The notes below the pieces were generated by a model. The model made no database searches, was not told the origin of the DNA, and saw only the letters and a list, made by a program, of their open reading frames with translations. 64,000 bases of DNA from a virus. Positions 30,297 to 38,358 of the stretch are shown one piece after another (positions within the stretch are counted from its first letter, which is position 1; each line of letters begins with the position of its first letter). The DNA is taken from the IMG/VR virus record IMGVR_UViG_3300037474_000152; one strand, given 5' to 3'. The position numbers and the translations under genes are program-made.

Positions 30297-30927
30297 GCAA
30301 CAAATTTACGTGTTGGTTAGGAACGCAGTCATTGCCTTCCTGATTTTTATTGCCCTTGAGTCGCTTATTGTTTTAGTCAATTGGAAAAGGGTCAACTGGG
30401 AAGTCGTCACCCCTACCGTCCTGTCGCTTGCTGCGTCGTTTGGAATTTGGGGAGCCGATCGCTACAAAAATGGACAAGAGCGCAAGGCTGCCATTGTTGC
30501 TCAGTTTAGGGCAGAGCAAGACGCAAAGCTGGAACAACGCCAAGCAGAGAACCTAAAGCTGATTGAAACGCTGGGAGAGTCAATCGACTCTCTCGTCATC
30601 TCCCTTTCTGCTTTTGAATCTTCCCTTGCTGAATTAAAACGAACGGATGCCAAAACTTTAGACCGTCTTGCCGTCTTGGAAACTGACCTCGAGACTCATC
30701 GCGATCGCTGGGCCCACCAAGGGGCTGAAGAATCAATCCAGAAACTACAACAATCGATGTTTCAGCTCAAGGCTCAAGTGGAAGGGTTAGCGGGTATCCT
30801 CGAAACCCAGAAGAGAATTGATGTTGTAGCGGAGAGTGTCAACAACGTCAATGCAGAGGTGGAGCGGTTGCGGCATGTGGTGCGGAAACTACCGGGGATT
30901 GTTGCGATTGATGAGAAGGAGGAGTGA
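30280..30927 (+). CDS. Two-TM protein with long coiled coil (holin-like or membrane-associated)
   Basis: Two N-terminal hydrophobic helices, then heptad-rich C-terminus. Confidence 0.45.
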   Translation: MTQSNRQQIYVLVRNAVIAFLIFIALESLIVLVNWKRVNWEVVTPTVLSLAASFGIWGADRYKNGQERKAAIVAQFRAEQDAKLEQRQAENLKLIETLGESIDSLVISLSAFESSLAELKRTDAKTLDRLAVLETDLETHRDRWAHQGAEESIQKLQQSMFQLKAQVEGLAGILETQKRIDVVAESVNNVNAEVERLRHVVRKLPGIVAIDEKEE

Positions 30928-30929
30928 CA

Positions 30930-30965
30930 AAAGAAAAACCCTCCTTTGCAAGGGGAGGGTTTGTT
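30930..30965. terminator. Bidirectional terminator between convergent operons
   Basis: AAACCCTCC/GGAGGGTTT stem. Confidence 0.7.
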
Positions 30966-30991
30966 AATCTGCGTTAATAGATTACTTGTCC

Positions 30992-31651
30992 TTATTTTTT
31001 TTGTTTTAACTCGGTCTTTCCGAGTAATCCCGAATCCCATGAAGTGATGACTATTTCACGATCTGACCATTCCGACTGCCCATTTTTGGGGCAGTCAGAA
31101 TGCGGTTCACCGTCAAACTTTGTTCCGTCAATTGAAACTACAAAAGCGTCACATTCGGTGCATCTGTAGTTAATCGCTTTATTGGTTGATGGCGTTGAGC
31201 TTGTTATTTCATTTGCTTTTGTGTATGGCTCCCAAGTCTCACGCCACTTTTGCATCATTTCTTCTGGTACGTTGTGAATGCTGCCATGCTCTCCCTCGCA
31301 GTGGATAACCTGGAATCGGTATCCGTACTGGTGAGCTAGTTTTTCGTAAGGTTCAATCCACTGATTCAAGACGAAGGTGTTGTGAACAGCAATCTTGCGC
31401 TTACCTTCTTCCATCCAACGCTCAATTGTGTCTTTACACCACTGGTGAGATTGAGATTGAATTTCGCGGTTGTAGCTGCCGTCTTTGTTGTAGAGTCCGG
31501 GCATCATGTCCGCTGCACAATGCCAGGGGGTAAGGGCTTCAGCTAGTGTCGTCTTACCTGTGCCTGCAATACCCCTGATGAGGTAGAGCGTGCGGGGTTG
31601 TTGCTGTCGGGTGAGCCAAAATTGGAGGAGTCTTAGCATTGTTGTTACCAA
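30992..31651 (-). CDS. AAA_33/polynucleotide-kinase-like P-loop protein
   Basis: LYLIRGIAGTGKTTLA...AD...HQWC...VHNTF...HGSIHNVPEE...MRETWE-like signature. Confidence 0.8.
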   Translation of the reverse strand: MVTTMLRLLQFWLTRQQQPRTLYLIRGIAGTGKTTLAEALTPWHCAADMMPGLYNKDGSYNREIQSQSHQWCKDTIERWMEEGKRKIAVHNTFVLNQWIEPYEKLAHQYGYRFQVIHCEGEHGSIHNVPEEMMQKWRETWEPYTKANEITSSTPSTNKAINYRCTECDAFVVSIDGTKFDGEPHSDCPKNGQSEWSDREIVITSWDSGLLGKTELKQKK

Positions 31652-32040
31652 ATAACAGGGTTAACACTGTAGTCACTAGCTACCACTTGGACGCATTCAG
31701 TTAAGTGCTTTTGGATTAACACCCAATTGATAGGCATTGCAAGAATCTCATCTTCCGTCCAAAGTTGCCCTTCTGCTAAGCGATGCGGGGGAGTGAATAG
31801 CCCAACCACAAGAACTTCTCCCTAGTTCAGTTCAACTTGGGTGCGGTTGGTAACGACAGGAATAGAAAGGCGTTCAGTAAACAGCTTAGCCGTGCTGTCA
31901 TGTCCTACGCAGGACTCCCACGATTGAACAACTAGTAGTTCCTTGACCTTGTCTTCTGTTACACCCGTCACTGTTAGCGTGTAGCCATCTTGAGCGGCTA
32001 ACAAGCTATTAGGCATTGCTGACATTAATTTGACGGTCAT
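31645..32040 (-). pseudogene. acrIII-1: AcrIII-1/DUF1874-like viral ring nuclease interrupted by in-frame TAG at 31822-31824
   Basis: SCVGHDSTA...NRTQVELN*GEVLVV...HRLAEGQLWTEDEIL; 58 more in-frame codons after the TAG to TAA at 31645. Confidence 0.75.
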
Positions 32041-32113
32041 ATTCTCCAAATATCCTGCTTGTCAGGGTAGCTAATTGAATGGAAACAAACTGGGTTAAAA
32101 ACTAATCTTTGAT

Positions 32114-32146
32114 GTGCCGTCTTAGACTGCGAATCTAAGACGGCAC
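32114..32146. repeat. Perfect 13-bp hairpin GTGCCGTCTTAGA/TCTAAGACGGCAC
   Basis: Read directly; intergenic just upstream of the AcrIII-1-like gene. Confidence 0.8.
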
Positions 32147-32150
32147 TCGT

Positions 32151-32909
32151 TTATACATCCATGCCGCCAGCATCACCACCCTCTTCTCGCCCTTCCTCAA
32201 AAGCCTCTAGTTGCTGCTCAGTCCATGTCTTTTGTCTAGTTTCCCTTTCTAGTCGATCGCTTTCATCTTCTTCCCACCCTTCCATTTCATAGCCATAAGC
32301 CTCTGCGTAACCCAGGCTCCAGCCCTCTTGGTAAAACTCATAGAGTGGATGGTTTTCATCGTATTTCACAGCCATTTGTTTTTGCTCCTACTTGTATCAA
32401 ATTAGTTAAACAATTAAAGCTCAAACACAATGCTCGGTGGCAATGTATCTAGCCATTCCTGCTTAATCCCCATAAACTCACTGTTTTCTTCAGCTTGCGC
32501 TGCGTAGTCCGGGTGAACTTTGTAGCATCGGGTATCTTCGTAGGAACTTGTCCAAACATCCACATAAGCAGCCTCCTTTAGTGAAGCCAGAAACGCAGAT
32601 TCAGCTTTATTGAATTGTTTTTGCAAGTTGAGGATTTGGTTGACTTGCTCTTGATTGAATGACATGTTGTTACCTCCATTAAACGAATGAATTCAAGACA
32701 GCATTTAGCTACTCATCAATGCCAACCCATAATCCGTTGTCGTCACCGTAGTCGAGTGAGTGGCCCTCAAATCGAATTGTTTTACCGTCAATGGTCAACT
32801 CTAAACCATCAAAATAGCTATCTTCTCTGCTGTGTACTTCAACTGAAACATTCTCGATAACCTTGCCTTTTAGCGATTTTAAAAGTTGGACAAGCTTGTC
32901 TCTAGTCAT
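32151..32909 (-). CDS. Three small genes (32151-32375 very acidic; 32414-32665; 32709-32909)
   Basis: 66-83 aa, co-oriented, each with an SD-like upstream element. Confidence 0.6.
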
Positions 32910-32941
32910 TTTTTGCTCCCGTTTTCACCTACCTCTATAAA

Positions 32942-33163
32942 CTACATCAGTTTATAGAGTGTGTCAAGTGTCTGCCTGAAGATCTCTCCCTCCTTTGACT
33001 GGGCTTTCCAGAGATGAGCTATAGAGTCCATAAGCTTACCTATATTCCCTTCTTCATCCCTTGACTGTCCTAACTTTAGCGCCATATCCTTTAGCACCGG
33101 TTCCGTGTCAACCCAAATGGTTGCACTAATCCTCTTGCGTCCTTCAATCGCCTTTCTTGGCAT
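32942..33163 (-). CDS. Small RHH-like regulator
   Basis: MPRKAIEGRKRISATIW...GNIGKLMDSIA; paralog at 42079. Confidence 0.5.
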   Translation of the reverse strand: MPRKAIEGRKRISATIWVDTEPVLKDMALKLGQSRDEEGNIGKLMDSIAHLWKAQSKEGEIFRQTLDTLYKLM

Positions 33164-33241
33164 GTCAATGCTTTATAAACTACAGCACTTTTATGTTATC
33201 ATAACAAAAAGCGATCGCACCCGTCCCGTCCAAGTTCAGGA

Positions 33242-34078
33242 ATGCGATCGCCACTCACTCACAAAGGAAGTAAGCAAATGAATAATAGCACTGTGTTGCG
33301 CGTGCAAGAGAATGGCGTTGAGTATTTCACTGTTGTTGCGACAGGCGAATCTGGTATCTCAATTACTGGATTGTCTCAACTCAGTGAAATACCAAGAAAA
33401 ACGCTGGGAGGATGGCTTGAGAACCTAGGCGAAGGAAAACTAGTAAAAGGATTAGAAGCTTTACTTGGCAAGGATTTGTACCTTGGCGAAGAAATCAAGA
33501 AACGGGGTGGGACAGTTAAAGCTGTTAAGGCTGAATATGCCTATGAGGTTCTAGAGTTTGCAGCTTATGAACGAGGTAGCCAAGTAGCGCGAAAGGTTTT
33601 AAAGGCTTGCGGAGTTATTGGTTTAAACTCATTTATTCAAGGTAAGACGAATTGGCTGCCTAACGAATATCAATCCTCTCATGAGTCACGAGACGCGATT
33701 AACTGTATTCTTGACGCCCCCGAACCTTGGTCACAAATGTTTGAGCAGCGCTTTGAGAAGAATCTAGAACGCATTTCTGGGCTGCACAAGTGCGATATCC
33801 GTAACGCATCACTGTACTGGGAGTTCATCTACCACTGGTTGACAACAGAAGAGCGTATCAAATTGGACGCTATAAACCCGGTACTGCAAAACGGACGCCG
33901 GAAGTACAAAATCCATGCCTGCATTGAACAGGCAACCAAAGACAGGTTGCGGAGTCACATTCAAGCCGTTCTAATTCTGATGGAATCAGCAAACTCTGTC
34001 AGCGAACTTCGCCGCTTGCTACAACGTCGCGAAGGCTTTGACCAGGGTGACTTATTTGACGGATGGGGTGCCGCATAG
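33242..34078 (+). CDS. Antirepressor-like DNA-binding protein with P63C-like C-terminus
   Basis: NGVEYFTVVATGESGISITGLSQL N-terminus; WSQMFEQRF...YWEFIY...LDAINP...RKYKIH. Confidence 0.5.
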   Translation: MRSPLTHKGSKQMNNSTVLRVQENGVEYFTVVATGESGISITGLSQLSEIPRKTLGGWLENLGEGKLVKGLEALLGKDLYLGEEIKKRGGTVKAVKAEYAYEVLEFAAYERGSQVARKVLKACGVIGLNSFIQGKTNWLPNEYQSSHESRDAINCILDAPEPWSQMFEQRFEKNLERISGLHKCDIRNASLYWEFIYHWLTTEERIKLDAINPVLQNGRRKYKIHACIEQATKDRLRSHIQAVLILMESANSVSELRRLLQRREGFDQGDLFDGWGAA

Positions 34079-34261
34079 ATCTGGCGTAACCGCCACCCGC
34101 CTTGCCTGGCCTGCAATTGTTGGGTGAGGCGGATATACTAGTACTAGCTGAATCAGACATTCAGCCTCCTATAAAGTTGTGTTTTTGCAAGAGCTTGACC
34201 TACTTAGCAGGCTTGCAAACTTTTGAGTAGGTCACCGCTCTATCATCAGAATTAGTTTGCC

Positions 34262-34289
34262 AAACCCTCTTATCAATAAGAGGGTTTTT
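34262..34289 (+). terminator. Intrinsic terminator upstream of the endolysin
   Basis: AAACCCTCTTA/TAAGAGGGTTTTT. Confidence 0.7.
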
Positions 34290-34315
34290 GCGTTCACCAA
34301 ATCATATATTGATAT

Positions 34316-35611
34316 ATGGCATCTGCCAGCCTAGAAAAAGCGATCGCATTAATCAAACAATTTGAGGGCTTCAACCCCAACGCTTACCCCGACCCTAGGA
34401 CTGGAGGCAAGCCTATTACGATTGGCTGGGGTTCAACCCGCAATGCAAGTGGCGGCGAATGGCGGATGGGCGATCGCATTACCGAGACTGAGGCTCACTC
34501 CCTCTTGCTCCACCAACTGCAAGTGTATTACCTGCCACCCCTATCTAGGATTCCCTGTTGGCAACGCCTAAATGACAACCAGCAGGCAGCACTTATTTCC
34601 TTTGCTTACAATCTGGGTGCTAACTTTTATGGAGGTGAGGGGTTTGACACGATAACCCGGTGTCTCCGTGAAGGGAACCTTGGACAAATTGAGCCAGCGC
34701 TGTTACTCTACTGCAATCCAGGAACGAACGTAGAACAGGGATTGAGGCGACGCAGGCAAGCTGAGGCGAAACTGTTTCTGACGGTCGATAATAGCGATAT
34801 GGTTACAACCCTCACCCCTTCCCCTGCCATCTTTCGGATAATTCGCCCAACCTGGCTCAAGCGCGCTCCCCAGAGTGCCAAAGATTTACCATTGAGCAGC
34901 AAGGTTGAACTGCCAGTTGATGCCTACCTCAAAGCCACTAGTTTTACTCCAGTGGGTAAGCATTACAAGGTAGTTGTAGAGTCGCAGTCAATATTGTGCG
35001 AGCAACAGGGTAAGGCAATGAAGATAGCCATTGAGCCGGGTGAGTGGTATCTTTATGGCTCTCCATTAACCACTGACCCGCATGTGGAAGTATTTCTTTC
35101 CACCCCATCTCTTCCCGTTGTGCCGCAACCTCAGTCAGTAGAGCCATTTGCAACATTCAACATGCCTCTACCAGCGCAGTCGCAGCGAGCGCTGGTTACA
35201 GGTACGCTTGACCTTGTGGGGACGAGTGAACCCCATTCGTTTACCTGTACATCAGGACAACCGGGGTATCAATACCAAGGCAGCACGCACCTCAAGGGCA
35301 AGGCTCCCCTTCCCAGTTGCAAAGAAGTGGATCTTGTTGCTTACTGGATACTGACCGAGGAGTTGGAGCGGTTTCAGACCAAGGGGATTGAGGGGTACGC
35401 CTTCCATATCTTCCCCGACCCTGTGAATATTAGGGGGGTGATGCGGGGAGAGTTCATGGTTCACAACGACACCAACCGTGCGGTATTCCCTGGCAGTAGC
35501 GGTTGCATTGTGTTTCTCTTTGATAATGGCTGGAATGTTTGGCGGGAGTGTATGAAGGAATTCCGCGCTAGGGGAATTGAGAAAATTCCTTTAAAGGTAG
35601 TGCATGAATAA
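34316..35611 (+). CDS. Endolysin: GH24 lysozyme plus central cell-wall-binding-like domain plus YkuD/Tlde1-like C-terminal domain
   Basis: IKQFEG...YPDP...ITIGWGST...ALISFAYNLG...GLRRRRQAEA; C-terminal FMVHND...PGSSGCI. Confidence 0.85.
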   Translation: MASASLEKAIALIKQFEGFNPNAYPDPRTGGKPITIGWGSTRNASGGEWRMGDRITETEAHSLLLHQLQVYYLPPLSRIPCWQRLNDNQQAALISFAYNLGANFYGGEGFDTITRCLREGNLGQIEPALLLYCNPGTNVEQGLRRRRQAEAKLFLTVDNSDMVTTLTPSPAIFRIIRPTWLKRAPQSAKDLPLSSKVELPVDAYLKATSFTPVGKHYKVVVESQSILCEQQGKAMKIAIEPGEWYLYGSPLTTDPHVEVFLSTPSLPVVPQPQSVEPFATFNMPLPAQSQRALVTGTLDLVGTSEPHSFTCTSGQPGYQYQGSTHLKGKAPLPSCKEVDLVAYWILTEELERFQTKGIEGYAFHIFPDPVNIRGVMRGEFMVHNDTNRAVFPGSSGCIVFLFDNGWNVWRECMKEFRARGIEKIPLKVVHE

Positions 35612-35792
35612 CTTCAGCGCAAATCTCCTGCTCTATCCACTTCTCGATCACGTCATCTTCTACGTAAAACATATCGGCTTGGCGAGAATCAATCAGGTTA
35701 GACATGAGCTGTCCCAGCCTGATGTCAGGGTGCTTCTGCCATGCTTGCTCTAACTTTGCGATAATTCTGGAAATTCGCTCTGGGTTTCTCAT
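35568..35792 (-). CDS. Conserved small phage hypothetical protein
   Basis: MRNPERISRI...AWQKHPDIRLGQL motif. Confidence 0.6.
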   Translation of the reverse strand: MRNPERISRIIAKLEQAWQKHPDIRLGQLMSNLIDSRQADMFYVEDDVIEKWIEQEICAEVIHALPLKEFSQFP

Positions 35793-35849
35793 GTTTTCTT
35801 CTTATGTTCAAGGTAGACAAATGTCAGGGGATTCTAGAGAGTAAGTCTA

Positions 35850-36275
35850 CTAAGGTTCGTCATCATATTGTTTTGCTAGGTTTGCGGGTTCGACATGGTA
35901 GGGAGGGACAGGGGTGAGGAATGGCGGGGAGTAGGAATAGTGGTCAGAGGTGGTGACGCTGCTTCCTGGTGTGGGAGCGATCGCATTATCAACCTCTCCC
36001 TGAAACTCCTGATTCACTGTTACATTGCCTCGTTGCCTGCGGCCCACCAATCCCAACCCCCCTCCAGCGGTCAGCGCTCCGCCGCCCAACAGGATAAGAT
36101 TGTTGCTGGTGTCGAAAATCTTGTCAACAATCCGCTCGCTGGATTTGGAGGACAGGACGGTCATCAAAAGCGCGATTGCAATCAAGAACACCCCTAACCC
36201 TGCAAATAACAGGGGGATAAGGAGTTTGACGATTTCAACCTTTCTTTCCCATTTTTCCTCGTCGGTCGTGTTCAT
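35850..36275 (-). CDS. Two-TM membrane protein, holin candidate
   Basis: Two hydrophobic segments; likely start MNTTDEEK at 36275; next to the endolysin. Confidence 0.45.
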   Translation of the reverse strand: MNTTDEEKWERKVEIVKLLIPLLFAGLGVFLIAIALLMTVLSSKSSERIVDKIFDTSNNLILLGGGALTAGGGLGLVGRRQRGNVTVNQEFQGEVDNAIAPTPGSSVTTSDHYSYSPPFLTPVPPYHVEPANLAKQYDDEP

Positions 36276-36386
36276 GAGATAAGCGCGGTTTGACGCGGCT
36301 AACTTTCGTGGCGTGTCTAAGCTTCCATTTTGCCTTAACACCCCGGACATGCCGATAATTGAGGAAACCCTTTACCTGCTAAACCC

Positions 36387-37091
36387 GTGACTGTGACTCC
36401 TTGGACAAAAGAAGAATGCCGAGATCGCTACGTGCGAGGCGCTCAAATTAGCTTAAAGAACCTAGCTTCTGAATCTGGCAATAGCCGTAAAACTCTAGAG
36501 GATTGGTCGCGTTTTGACACCCCTAAGTGGTCGGAACAGCGTCGGCACTTTCAGGGAGAGTTAAGGGTAAAGTGTGATAATCAGGCGATAGAAAAAGTTA
36601 GCAATCACGTCAGCGAACTAGCTGTCGAACACCTCAGGAGCTATCAAACGGCTCGCAAAGTTATCGATGAGTATTTTAGTTGGCAAGCTAAGCGACTTGA
36701 TGAAGTTAGGGGAATTCCCGAGCACCATGAGGCTGAGATTAAATCCATTCGAGCAAGTAACCTCAACTTCATGTCGCTTACTCAAGAGCGGGTGATTAAT
36801 GGAGAGCGGCTAGCGGCTGGACTCGAATGGGAGAATGTTCCTAAAGCGATCGCATTCTTGCAAAGGCTTGGTTATGTCATCACTGACCCTTCCCTCCCTT
36901 CTACGACCGACGCCGAAGCAGAGCTTGAAGCTACGCCCAAAGGATTTACCGACGAGCAGGCAGGAGACATCCGAGCTAGAATCCTTGGAATTCCGCAAGG
37001 GTCCGCCAGTCCTTCTCCCTTACCAGGCGAGATGGATATCAGGAACCAAGAGAATTCAGATAGCAGAGAAGTCACGGCGAGTCGGGATTAG
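36387..37091 (+). CDS. Terminase small subunit-like protein
   Basis: N-terminal HTH (SLKNLASESGNSRKTLEDWS...W..QR); precedes TerL. Confidence 0.65.
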   Translation: MTVTPWTKEECRDRYVRGAQISLKNLASESGNSRKTLEDWSRFDTPKWSEQRRHFQGELRVKCDNQAIEKVSNHVSELAVEHLRSYQTARKVIDEYFSWQAKRLDEVRGIPEHHEAEIKSIRASNLNFMSLTQERVINGERLAAGLEWENVPKAIAFLQRLGYVITDPSLPSTTDAEAELEATPKGFTDEQAGDIRARILGIPQGSASPSPLPGEMDIRNQENSDSREVTASRD

Positions 37092-38313
37092 TTGGGCTGA
37101 CGCTGCGCTGTCCGCTCTTGATGCATCTCGGATTAACGGCAACGATACAAGCTACGTGGGCTATAACCGGGAGATGGCAGAGCAGTACATCATTGATGTG
37201 GCATTCTGGGCTAAGGCTTACCAGATGATAGCCTCAACCGTTGAGACAACAGTGCTGGAGGACGAAGGGAAGGATATCCTTGTTTATCGAGTTAAGTTTG
37301 CCACTGGGTTTAAAGTGACAGCCCTTTCCTCTCGCCCATCTAACCTGCGATCGCGAAAAGGAAAGTTGGTTCTTGATGAAGCGGCTTTTCATGACGACTT
37401 GGGGGAACTGTTGAAAGCTGCCAATGCCATTGTGATGTGGGGTGGCTCGCGTCCGGGGTTGGTGCGAATCATCTCAACTCACAATGGTGTCGGCAACCGA
37501 TTCAATCAACTGTGCGAAGATGTTCGCTCCGGCAAGCTTGACTACGGATTGCATCGAATCACATTAGCCGATGCGATCGCAGATGGACTCTTCAAGCGCA
37601 TCTGTTTGATAAACGGAGAACAGTGGACGCTTGAGAAGGAATTTAATTGGTATAACCAACTCTATAGAGACTACGGCATTGGAGCCGATGAGGAATTAGG
37701 GTGCGTCCCTCTAGACGTGAAGGGTGGGGGCCTCGTATTTGACCGCACTTGGTTTGAAGTTGTTAAGTCTCTCCCCATTTTCAGCGCTGAAGTCCGTTTC
37801 TGGGATATGGCTGCAACAGCTCGCGAGTTTAATGCGAACGCTTTCTATACAGCAGGTTTGCATCTCGGTCGTTTTGGTTCTGACTACTACGTGGCTCACT
37901 TGATTGCAGAGCAAGTTGGACCCGTCGAGGGCGACAACTTGATTGTCTCTACCGCAGAAAGTGATGGATATAGTATCCCCGTGAGGTGGGAGCTAGAGGG
38001 CGGCTCGGCTGGATTAAAGGTTGAGGCTAATTTGCGATCGCTTCTTCCGGGGTTCAATGCAAGGGGAGTCAAACCCTTAGGAGACAAGCTAACCCGCGCT
38101 AAACCCGTGGCAGGCGAAGCGAAACGAGGTAATATCAAACTATTGCGCGGTACGTGGAACTCGATGTTTCTAGACGCGGTTCATGGTTTTGATGGAACTA
38201 GTCAGGCATTAATAAATGATGTTGTGGATGCCTTGAGCGGCGCTTATGGAGAGATTTCAACTTCCCGTAACTATTCGGTGTCAGGTTCAATTGCAAAGCC
38301 AAGAATTAGTTAA
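36985..38313 (+). CDS. Terminase large subunit, Mu gp28-like (start uncertain)
   Basis: LLPYQARW...EKSRRVGISW, SSRPSNLRS..G..VLDEAAF, ISTHNG, RFWDMAAT, DVVDALSGA. Confidence 0.92.
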   Translation: MEFRKGPPVLLPYQARWISGTKRIQIAEKSRRVGISWADAALSALDASRINGNDTSYVGYNREMAEQYIIDVAFWAKAYQMIASTVETTVLEDEGKDILVYRVKFATGFKVTALSSRPSNLRSRKGKLVLDEAAFHDDLGELLKAANAIVMWGGSRPGLVRIISTHNGVGNRFNQLCEDVRSGKLDYGLHRITLADAIADGLFKRICLINGEQWTLEKEFNWYNQLYRDYGIGADEELGCVPLDVKGGGLVFDRTWFEVVKSLPIFSAEVRFWDMAATAREFNANAFYTAGLHLGRFGSDYYVAHLIAEQVGPVEGDNLIVSTAESDGYSIPVRWELEGGSAGLKVEANLRSLLPGFNARGVKPLGDKLTRAKPVAGEAKRGNIKLLRGTWNSMFLDAVHGFDGTSQALINDVVDALSGAYGEISTSRNYSVSGSIAKPRIS

Positions 38314-38358
38314 GCGCGGTATGGCGCGGTTTTATTGAGGAGCGATCGCACATAAATA

